A stretch of DNA of 64,000 nucleotides from positions 81,491 through 145,490 of the forward strand of contig MGCQ01000009.1 of assembly GCA_001790445.1 (NCBI GenBank), written 5' to 3'. This stretch comes from Candidatus Saccharibacteria bacterium RIFCSPHIGHO2_12_FULL_41_12 (GTDB taxonomy: Bacteria; Patescibacteriota; Saccharimonadia; Saccharimonadales; 2-12-FULL-41-12). The notes beneath the pieces are model-generated. The model was not told where the DNA came from. It saw only the letters and a list, made by a program, of their open reading frames with translations, and made no database searches. Below, piece by piece: positions 48,769 to 56,441 of the stretch. Both the position numbers and the translations under genes were made by a program. Position 1 is the first letter of the stretch; every line of letters begins with the position of its first letter.

Positions 48769-49043
48769 AAAGCCTCAGTAGAGGCTTTTATCACCTTACT
48801 TTTTCTCTGTGTGCCAAGAAAAAGTAAGCGTAAGACGTGCCACCCCGATGATCAAAAACTTCCCTAAGATTAAATAACTACAAACATACTATTCTTGACA
48901 TGGTCTCTTTTGGCTCAAAGACAGGCTAAGCCTGACTTTAGCCAAAAGCCACGATCTCGGGACTCCCTTTGGTCGGGCTAAAGCCATGTCCTCAGAATAA
49001 TCTGTCTGTAGCCATTTAATCTAAAGGTGTTTTGACCAAGGGG
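48769..49043 (-). repeat. Structured element 1 (long branched stem + U/A hairpin + small hairpin)
   Basis: Stem 48843-49043 with G-U pairs on -; CTTACTTTTTCT/AGAAAAAGTAAG 48795-48828; AAAGCCTC/GAGGCTTT 48769-48788. Confidence 0.75.
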
Positions 49044-49107
49044 ATACTAGGCTGTCTAAAGTTATAATTAATAATATTTCCGTAGGAAATATACTAAGGC
49101 TTTTTCT

Positions 49108-49328
49108 CAGGCCATGAACCAGACCTGAGAGACTACGTCAAGATCACAACTATTAGACGAGGACTGTTTGACCCTCCGTCGCCGAAGGCTATGGAGGGGA
49201 GTTCCGCAGTCTGTTGTGGTCCTTGACTGGTAGTCTCATCAAGTCTGTTCATTCGCCTGTCGTTTTTTGGGTTCCGTTTTTGTCGACACAAAAATGGAAC
49301 AAAGGTTAGGCTTGCTTGCAAGCCGACG
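49108..49328 (+). repeat. Structured element 2, same layout in opposite orientation
   Basis: Stem 49108-49259; TTTTTTGG; GTTCCGTTTTTGT/ACAAAAATGGAAC 49271-49300; GGCTTGC/GCAAGCC 49309-49324. Confidence 0.75.
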
Positions 49329-49371
49329 CAATGCAGTTTGAGTGTTGTGTAGAAAATCTATTTATGGTTGG

Positions 49372-50274
49372 TTAAAGTTTAGTGATCCAGCTCAAGTATT
49401 TTGATTTTGGATCTGTAAATATCTTGGAAAATTCTTCAGATAATTTTTGAGTTATGGGATTATTCTCAGGTAAATTATAGCCTTCAACTTTTTTTATTGG
49501 AGTAACTTGGGCAGCCGTGCCACTCAGGAAAGCTTCGTCTGCTATTAGTAACTCTGATTTATCAACTGGTCGTTCAATAATCTCGTAATTGAAATCTCTG
49601 GCCATCTTGATAACACTATCTCTAGTGATGCCTTCTAGGATGTCTTGATTTACGGATGGAGTTATTAATTTATTCCCCCTGACAATAAATAGGTTCATAG
49701 CACTGGCTTCGGCAATTTTGCCAGCAGAATTAAGCAAAATCGCTTCATCAAAACCACGCTCATGTGCTTCGGTTTTCGATAGAGCACTAGTTACATATGT
49801 TCCGGCAATTTTGCCACGTAGGGGTAAACTGCGATCTTCACCGCGGACCCAAGAACTAAAACAAACTTTTATCCCGCCTTTGTCCAGATAGTCGCCCATT
49901 GGCAGACCATAAATCAAAAAGTCATATTTAACGTTGTGTAACCTCGGAGCGATGCCAAGATCCGAAACATAGACGAGTGGACGGATGTAATAATTATCTT
50001 TGCACGGATTTGCTTTTACAAATTCTAATATTTTCTTTTTGATAAAATCTGCCTTGATACTATAACCAAGCAACTTGGCGCTACTGCTCAATCTCTTGCA
50101 GTGGTCGTCAAGCCTAAATAGCAACACTTGTTTGGTCTTAGGGTCCACAGTTGCCCTCATGCCGCCAAAAGCCGCAGTGCCGTAGTGTAGAGCATGTGTG
50201 GCTATCGAAATGTTGGCGTCTTTAAAATCAACAATCTTGCCTTCAAAATACGCTTTTGGTAAAAACTCACTCAT
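49372..50274 (-). CDS. ilvE: Branched-chain amino acid aminotransferase
   Basis: ALHYGTAAFGG.R, YIRP, K.AGTY, AEASAMN, ILEGITR, SGTAAQ. Confidence 0.92.
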   Translation of the reverse strand: MSEFLPKAYFEGKIVDFKDANISIATHALHYGTAAFGGMRATVDPKTKQVLLFRLDDHCKRLSSSAKLLGYSIKADFIKKKILEFVKANPCKDNYYIRPLVYVSDLGIAPRLHNVKYDFLIYGLPMGDYLDKGGIKVCFSSWVRGEDRSLPLRGKIAGTYVTSALSKTEAHERGFDEAILLNSAGKIAEASAMNLFIVRGNKLITPSVNQDILEGITRDSVIKMARDFNYEIIERPVDKSELLIADEAFLSGTAAQVTPIKKVEGYNLPENNPITQKLSEEFSKIFTDPKSKYLSWITKL

Positions 50275-50294
50275 ATCTGTTAATTATGAAGTAT

Positions 50295-50771
50295 TTACAC
50301 CAAGTTATCAAGTTGCTCACCGGCAAAGGGTCCCTCGGGATTATCAAAGGGGATGCGTAGATAAGAAACACTTTCGGGGTCAAGCCTTCTGCCGTTTGCG
50401 TCAAAATACATTATGTCAGCTGGACATTCGAATGAATCTACTCCTTTTTTTGGGGCAAATATCTCTGTTATCCCACATCCCAAATTTCGGCCAAAAACAG
50501 TATTTCCGTCTTCTTGAGTTACAGCTTCTGCCTCAAAACGAGGGTAGTATATCCCATCTGCGATAGTTCCTTCGCCTTTACAAAGCACCGATATCTCTTG
50601 AAATTGAGCAGTCTTTCCGTCAAATTCGCGGATAGTTCGAGAACTAGATATTGTACCTGTGAACTGACCATCTGGTGTTACAAAGGGCTGTTCAACAGCA
50701 AGTATAACTGGTTCAAGCTCAAGATGAGCAATAGTGCTTTTGGGTTTTTCAGGACTTATTCGCATATACAT
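50295..50771 (-). CDS. Hypothetical protein
   Basis: ~155 aa ORF co-oriented with ilvE. Confidence 0.55.
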   Translation of the reverse strand: MYMRISPEKPKSTIAHLELEPVILAVEQPFVTPDGQFTGTISSSRTIREFDGKTAQFQEISVLCKGEGTIADGIYYPRFEAEAVTQEDGNTVFGRNLGCGITEIFAPKKGVDSFECPADIMYFDANGRRLDPESVSYLRIPFDNPEGPFAGEQLDNLV

Positions 50772-50847
50772 AACATTTCTTTAGAAAGTTGTAATTATAC
50801 ACACAAAATTCAAAATTTGCAATACCTAACTCACCAGAGCAAGGGAC

Positions 50848-51102
50848 TCAGGCAGGCAAATTTCTTGAGGGCTCAGATGGTGGTCTTGTAAATATAACTT
50901 GTTCAGCGGGCACTTCTACAGGCCCAACTTGAGAATCAAACATTGTGAATACAGGATGTTCGCACATGTTTCCGTTCTCGTCTGTTTCAATCACATGGTG
51001 ACATGTATACGGACCTATCCTGAAGCTATCTATTACTTCGTGGGTCACGCTAGCCGACGTGGGCGCTTTTTTTCCCTCTTTTTCTATTGTTGGTGATGGC
51101 AT
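50848..51102 (-). CDS. Hypothetical protein
   Basis: 84 aa, strong SD AGGAGG. Confidence 0.6.
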   Translation of the reverse strand: MPSPTIEKEGKKAPTSASVTHEVIDSFRIGPYTCHHVIETDENGNMCEHPVFTMFDSQVGPVEVPAEQVIFTRPPSEPSRNLPA

Positions 51103-51118
51103 TTTTCCTCCTAAAATT

Positions 51119-51281
51119 AAAAAACCCGTCTGGTTTGAGACGGGATTTGCTTTGATATTTTGACTATTTTTGCAACTACACGCTCAAACCATCGGTCAAA
51201 CGACCGAGCAGAATGAGGTTGGCAGTTGTTGCAAAAGTTTTCACATCAACTACTTTACAGCAAACCTGTAACCATTGTCAA
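51119..51281 (-). promoter_or_regulatory. Leader-peptide transcription attenuator
   Basis: TTGACA-18-TAAAGT promoter; leader ORF; terminator CCCGTCT-CAAACC-AGACGGG-T6; antiterminator GGTTTGAG complementary to CTCAAACC. Confidence 0.75.
51176..51244 (-). CDS. Leader peptide MKTFATTANLILLGRLTDGLSV
   Basis: GTG start at the predicted TSS; CTC-ATT-CTG-CTC (Leu-Ile-Leu-Leu) cluster. Confidence 0.65.
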   Translation of the reverse strand: MKTFATTANLILLGRLTDGLSV

Positions 51282-51333
51282 ATATAAGTCGAGTTTAGTA
51301 GATTAACCATAAGTGTTAAAATATTAGCTAGTT

Positions 51334-51708
51334 ATGGCAACAATCTTATTCTTAAAATGGTGGTACAGTTCTGGTTGGTCTTGGCTTTTTGGTGAGTATA
51401 GGCAAAAACTAACCTCGATTTCTCGTAATTTTTCAGTTTCGATTCTGCTTAAGACTCTTTTTGCCCCTTGGAAGCAACTGACAACTCAGGCGACGTTTCG
51501 CAATTTTTTCCAGGCCATGGTAGACAACACAATTTCTAGATTAATCGGTTTTATCATCAGATTTTTTGTATTGATTGGTGCCCTGATTGCTGTAACTTTA
51601 CTGAGTGTATTCTTTTTATTTTTTGTGGCTATTTGGGTGTTTATCCCACCTGCGATTGTTGTTTTGCCTCTGTTAATGCTAGTTGTTGGAGGCGCGGGTG
51701 CAAGGTAA
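51334..51708 (+). CDS. Membrane protein coupled to the Clp-like ATPase
   Basis: WWY, FS..LLKTLFAPWK, SRLIGFIIR. Confidence 0.75.
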   Translation: MATILFLKWWYSSGWSWLFGEYRQKLTSISRNFSVSILLKTLFAPWKQLTTQATFRNFFQAMVDNTISRLIGFIIRFFVLIGALIAVTLLSVFFLFFVAIWVFIPPAIVVLPLLMLVVGGAGAR

Positions 51709-54097
51709 CTATATCAATCTGAACTCAGATCGCGCGCGTAAGGCTCGACTTTATCGAGGGTTAAACCATAAATATTTACGGTTATTTCTAAACCTCTCAA
51801 TTATTTCATTTATAACACTAGGCTTAATTTTGATATACATAATGCCAAAATTGTCAGGAGTATTTTTGGGGATTGGTATGTTGTCTTTGTCTGTACGCAT
51901 TTGGACGAAGGGGGAACTAGCCAAGCTAAACGAAGCAATAAATCTTCAGACGCAAAAAGTTGACGATGTACTTGATCAATATATCTTGGCCAATATGAGT
52001 AGTGGCTCGCAGTCTGCCTATTTGATTTGGAAGGCGATAGAGAAACTACCCGCGCGGTATTTTTTTCAAAATAGGTTTATTTTGCCCCCCGCTATGTTTG
52101 AGAATTTGCTTTCAAAAGATCCTGCTAGCGAGGGAGTTGTTTGGCGTAACGCAGAGGCACTGCGTAGCAAGTTTTCTCTCCAGTATTACTCACAAGAAGT
52201 AGTTATGGCTGCATTGATTTTTTCGCTGCCCGACCATGAGAGTTTGCTTAATAGTTCTAAGTTATCGCGTGCGGATATAGAAAACGGTGTACTGTGGATG
52301 GACAATTTGAACCAACAGCAAAAACTAGCCAGCCAAAAAAAGAACTTTGGCGGAATTGCTCGCGACTGGACTTTTGGCTACACTCCGGCCCTACAAAACT
52401 TTGGCTATAGCATCTCGCGCGAGATTGAAATGTACGGCTTTTTCCAGGATACTTCACTGCATCATATGGTTGTTGGTAATATGATCCAATCAATCGGTAA
52501 CAGTTCTGGTTCGTTGGCTTTAGTGGGTGAAAGTGGCTCAGGCAAGACAACAACCGTCTATGCTTTTGCTGAACAAATTCTTGAATCATCCGCACCAAAA
52601 AACTTGCGGTATAAACAAATCGTAATGCTTGATGCAACTACCATGGTGTCGCGAGCTTCTCGTCCCGGGCAACTGGAACAACTAGTAGTAACTTTAGTCA
52701 ATGAAGCGCGTCGCGCCAAGAATATTATTTTGTTTTTTGACAATGCGGAAGTGTTTTTCAGTGAGGGGGTTGGTGCAGTTGATATATCAAATGTACTGAC
52801 GCAGGCACTTGATAGCGGTGCTGTCAGGATGATATTCGCGATTACCCCAAAGGAGTGGCAAACGCTCAAGTTGCATAACAGTTTGTTGGCTTCAAAAATT
52901 CAATCTGTTAATTTGCCAGATGCAAGTGAGGCAGATACAATCAGGATTTTACAAAATCAGACTCCGTTTATTGAGTACAAACACAAAGCTGTGTTTACCT
53001 ATCAAGCGCTCCGAGAAGCTTACAAACTTGGTAAGAGGTACGAAGATAGTTTGGCCATGCCAGGCGCAGCAATAAAAATTCTTGAAGGCGCTCCTGCGTA
53101 TGCAGAAAACGGATATGTCACAGATGAAGTTATCAAACTAAGTCTTGAGCGGTCCAGAGGCGTCAAGCTACAGACCGCAGAGGCGGGAGAAGCCAAAAAC
53201 TTGCTTAACCTCGAAGATAATTTGAGCAGATACGTGATTAGCCAAAAACGAGCTATCAGAGTTGTTTCGGATGCCCTTAGACGCTCCAGAAGCGGTGTTG
53301 GGTCCACTGAACGCCCAGTTGGGACTTTTCTATTTCTCGGGCCGACAGGAGTGGGCAAAACAGAGCTTACTAAAGCCTTGGCAAGGGTATATTTTGGGGA
53401 TGAATCATCCATTGTCCGTGTGGATATGAACCAGTTTGTTGAACCAGCGGATGTGAATCGATTGATAAGCGTCGAAAACCAAGGTGATCAACTGAGCTTT
53501 TTGGGACAAATCAAAAAACAACCATTTAGTGTGGTGCTTTTGGACGAAATCGAAAAAGCGCACTCGAGCGTACTTGGATTGTTGCTTCAAATGTTAGATG
53601 AGGGCGTCATGAAAGATTCTAATAATAAGGCAGTTTCTTTTAAAGATGCGATTATTATTGCCACATCCAACGCCGGTGCAAATGATATTCGAGCAATGGT
53701 GACAAGTGGTGAAATCAATCGTCCTGAAGCAGAAGAAAAAATAGTCGAGAAATTAATAAACGACAGAATATTCACACCAGAATTTGTCAATCGTTACGAT
53801 GAAGTCGTGCTGTTTGAACCGTTAACACCAGATGATTTGGTCCAGGTCGTGGGAATTATTATTGGCTCAATCAATAAAACTCTTGAGCCGAAGAAAATAC
53901 AAGTTAGTGTTGACGATATTGCCAAAAATTGGCTAATCGACAAAGGTTATGACCCGATGCTTGGCGCAAGACCAATGAGGCGAATGGCCCAGCGATATAT
54001 TGAGAATATCGTAGCCAAGCGAGTGTTGATGGGGAGTGTGGCATCAGGTGGGACTGTGAATCTAACTGTTGCAGATTTTGAAAGCCAAGACCAGTGA
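51683..54097 (+). CDS. Membrane-anchored ClpA/B-like AAA+ ATPase
   Basis: Two N-terminal TM; GESGSGKT and GPTGVGKT; LLDEIEKAH; GARPMRR; start uncertain. Confidence 0.88.
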   Translation: MLEARVQGNYINLNSDRARKARLYRGLNHKYLRLFLNLSIISFITLGLILIYIMPKLSGVFLGIGMLSLSVRIWTKGELAKLNEAINLQTQKVDDVLDQYILANMSSGSQSAYLIWKAIEKLPARYFFQNRFILPPAMFENLLSKDPASEGVVWRNAEALRSKFSLQYYSQEVVMAALIFSLPDHESLLNSSKLSRADIENGVLWMDNLNQQQKLASQKKNFGGIARDWTFGYTPALQNFGYSISREIEMYGFFQDTSLHHMVVGNMIQSIGNSSGSLALVGESGSGKTTTVYAFAEQILESSAPKNLRYKQIVMLDATTMVSRASRPGQLEQLVVTLVNEARRAKNIILFFDNAEVFFSEGVGAVDISNVLTQALDSGAVRMIFAITPKEWQTLKLHNSLLASKIQSVNLPDASEADTIRILQNQTPFIEYKHKAVFTYQALREAYKLGKRYEDSLAMPGAAIKILEGAPAYAENGYVTDEVIKLSLERSRGVKLQTAEAGEAKNLLNLEDNLSRYVISQKRAIRVVSDALRRSRSGVGSTERPVGTFLFLGPTGVGKTELTKALARVYFGDESSIVRVDMNQFVEPADVNRLISVENQGDQLSFLGQIKKQPFSVVLLDEIEKAHSSVLGLLLQMLDEGVMKDSNNKAVSFKDAIIIATSNAGANDIRAMVTSGEINRPEAEEKIVEKLINDRIFTPEFVNRYDEVVLFEPLTPDDLVQVVGIIIGSINKTLEPKKIQVSVDDIAKNWLIDKGYDPMLGARPMRRMAQRYIENIVAKRVLMGSVASGGTVNLTVADFESQDQ

Positions 54098-54744
54098 TAA
54101 GCCAATTAGATCTCTACTCAATGTCTATAGCTGTTGCAGTTTTAGCAGTAATTGTTATTGCGGGAGAGGTATTTTGGCACAAAAAGATATTGTCCAGCGA
54201 ACTGTCCAGAAAATTTATCCATATTATTGGTGGACTTTGGATAGCCAGCTGGCCATTTTTGATAAACTTTGAAGAAATTCGATTATTGTCTCTGATAACA
54301 CTTGTAGCTGCTTGCGTGTCACATTATCACAAGATATTTTTATCAATTCACAGCGTTAAAAGAAAGACATATGGAGCATCGCTTTTTCCGCTAGGCATAC
54401 TGTTAACTTCTTTTATAACAGATGATCCATGGATATTCTTCGTGGCTGTGGCGCATCTTGCTTTGGCAGATGGTCTAGCGGCAGTTGTTGGTAAAAAGTG
54501 GGGCAAAAAAGTGGCTTATCACATAGGACACGAGGCTAAAACGGTACTTGGTTCAGTAACCTTTTTACTCAGCTCTTTAGCCATAACAACTTTCTATACT
54601 ATATTATCTGGCCGATATGAAGACTACATGGCTTTGTTGATAACAATGCCTTTGATCCTGAGTGTAATTGAAAATATAACTATAAAGGGTCTGGATAATC
54701 TATTAGTGCCGATCGCGGTAGTTCTGTTAGTGACATATACATAG
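54094..54744 (+). CDS. Phytol/dolichol kinase-like membrane protein
   Basis: RKFIHI, ADGLAAVVG, KT..GS, DNLLVP. Confidence 0.82.
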   Translation: MISQLDLYSMSIAVAVLAVIVIAGEVFWHKKILSSELSRKFIHIIGGLWIASWPFLINFEEIRLLSLITLVAACVSHYHKIFLSIHSVKRKTYGASLFPLGILLTSFITDDPWIFFVAVAHLALADGLAAVVGKKWGKKVAYHIGHEAKTVLGSVTFLLSSLAITTFYTILSGRYEDYMALLITMPLILSVIENITIKGLDNLLVPIAVVLLVTYT

Positions 54745-54882
54745 TCATAAAATTGTAGATAAATGTATTAAGTGCTATAATTATATTCATCATATTGCTG
54801 ATTTTTTTGAGGAGAAAATATTTTAAACAGAGAACCACAAAAGCCTAAATTTCCTGTTCGAGTATCTCGTAAAGTAAGAAAT

Positions 54883-55521
54883 GTGGCAACTAAATATTTT
54901 GAGGCTGTGGGACATGTGCAAGATAGCACTAGTCCTAATGTTGAGTTAAATAAGCATCTTGGATTTCTAACTTTGGGTAGATTGGAAGGCTTTTGTATCC
55001 CAGAGCAGGCAACGTGGCTACAGCGATATTTACAGGACCCAAAACACTCTGAAATAAAAGAAATAGCAGAGATAGGTTTTAATAGTGGGCATTCAGCTAA
55101 CGCGTTTTTATCAGCTAGAAAAGACATAAAAGTTACGTCTTTTGAAAAATCCAAAAGAAGACATGTCAACAAGGGCAAAAGCTATATCGATGAAGCCTAT
55201 CCTGGTAGGCATGAATTGATAACAGGTGAATCGCTAATAACTTTGCCAGTAGCAGTACATCGGGACAATTTATCGTTTGACATGTTATTTATTGATGGGA
55301 GTCATAGATTTGCGAACGCATATGGCGATCTAATGAACGGAAAACAAATTGTAAGAAAAGGAGGAATAGCCATTATGGATGATATTCTGCCACACAAACT
55401 CTGGGGCAGAGGACCAGCAAAAGCCTGGGAAACAGTCATTGAAAGTGGATTGATTCAAGAACTGGAAGTAGTAACTGCAGGTCCCAGAACCTGGGCCGTC
55501 GGACAATATATTAATAAATAA
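54883..55521 (+). CDS. Class I SAM methyltransferase (Methyltransf_24-like)
   Basis: EIGFNSGHSA, FIDGSH, IMDD. Confidence 0.85.
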   Translation: MATKYFEAVGHVQDSTSPNVELNKHLGFLTLGRLEGFCIPEQATWLQRYLQDPKHSEIKEIAEIGFNSGHSANAFLSARKDIKVTSFEKSKRRHVNKGKSYIDEAYPGRHELITGESLITLPVAVHRDNLSFDMLFIDGSHRFANAYGDLMNGKQIVRKGGIAIMDDILPHKLWGRGPAKAWETVIESGLIQELEVVTAGPRTWAVGQYINK

Positions 55522-55524
55522 TTT

Positions 55525-55602
55525 TGGGGCGAGTGATGGGTTTCGAACCCACGGCCTCCGGAACCACAACCCGGCGCTCTAACCAGCTGAGCTACACCCG
55601 CC
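55525..55602 (-). tRNA. tRNA-His(GUG)
   Basis: G-1:C73, anticodon GTG, CCA. Confidence 0.96.
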
Positions 55603-55650
55603 AAAATGGCCTGTCATTCGAAGCACCAACAGTACTTCTAACAGCGTATT

Positions 55651-55680
55651 TGCCCTTCGTCGCTAAAGCTATGAAGGGCA
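55651..55680. repeat. REP-like hairpin (related copies at 49172-49198 and 55791-55816)
   Basis: TGCCCTTCGTCGCTAAAGCTATGAAGGGCA vs CCCTCCGTCGCCGAAGGCTATGGAGGG. Confidence 0.75.
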
Positions 55681-55813
55681 TTCTCCGCTTATTGCGAAGA
55701 ATGGTGGAGCCAAAGAATAAATTCCTGGCCCCGATCAATAATCAATTGATTGATAACTGATCGCAACCAGAACTAATTCAAAATGGCTAACCATTCGTAG
55801 CTTTAGCGAAGAA

Positions 55814-55890
55814 TGGCGCCCCGAGTAGGACTCGAACCTACGACCTTGAGCTTAGAAGTCTCCTGCTCTATCCATCTGAGCTACCAGGGC
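55814..55890 (-). tRNA. tRNA-Arg(UCU), weak anticodon stem
   Basis: Canonical D/T arms and CCA; anticodon stem GGAGA/GCTCA has two mismatches. Confidence 0.8.
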
Positions 55891-55914
55891 ACACTGTTAT
55901 TAATTTTAACTTAT

Positions 55915-56229
55915 TTATTGCCATATGCCATTTATTAGTTTTTCTTTTTTCACTTTAGACCATTTTTTGATTTGTATTTCTCTTTTTCTAGCTTCTGATT
56001 TATTTGCAAAAACGGGAGAAATGTAGACTAGTGTAAATGATTTTTGATCAATCGCTAATTTAGCACCTTTTCCATTGTTATGCTTTGTAAGTCTAGCCTC
56101 TGGATCAGGAGAAATACCTACATAATAGTGATTATGAAATGATATACAAATGTAAACGTACCAGGGCTTATTATTACTTGGCCCTTCGACAAGCTCAGGG
56201 TCATTCTCCTCTTTAATGCTTTTCATCAA
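55915..56229 (-). CDS. GIY-YIG nuclease (UPF0213-like)
   Basis: WYVYI..YYVGIS..RL..HN..G..A.KRE..IKKW. Confidence 0.9.
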   Translation of the reverse strand: MMKSIKEENDPELVEGPSNNKPWYVYICISFHNHYYVGISPDPEARLTKHNNGKGAKLAIDQKSFTLVYISPVFANKSEARKREIQIKKWSKVKKEKLINGIWQ

Positions 56230-56250
56230 AATTTCTTCATTTCAATTTCT

Positions 56251-56304
56251 ATTGAATGGTTCACCATGAGCGAGCACATTGAATGGTTCACCATGAGCGA
56301 GCAC
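56251..56304. repeat. 27-bp tandem duplication next to the tRNA-Gly 3' hairpin
   Basis: ATTGAATGGTTCACCATGAGCGAGCAC twice. Confidence 0.9.
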
Positions 56305-56315
56305 AGCGAGTCGAA

Positions 56316-56390
56316 TGGTGCGGGTGGAGAGAATCGAACTCTCATCGCCTGCTTGGAAGGCAGGAATATTAGCCGTTATACGACACCCGC
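56316..56390 (-). tRNA. tRNA-Gly(UCC)
   Basis: GCGGGTG/CACCCGC, CCTGC-CTTCCAA-GCAGG, A73, CCA. Confidence 0.95.
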
Positions 56391-56441
56391 GGATATATTA
56401 TCTTGGCGCTTGAAAAGTATAGCACAACGGAGGTGAAATTG

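Noticed and set aside
48743-49371. tmRNA, RNase P or SRP RNA, and the 62-aa ORF 49133-49321
   Set aside because: No tRNA-like ends, no GAGGAAAGUCC or P4 partner, no SRP loop motif seen; the ORF lies over palindromes without coding features.
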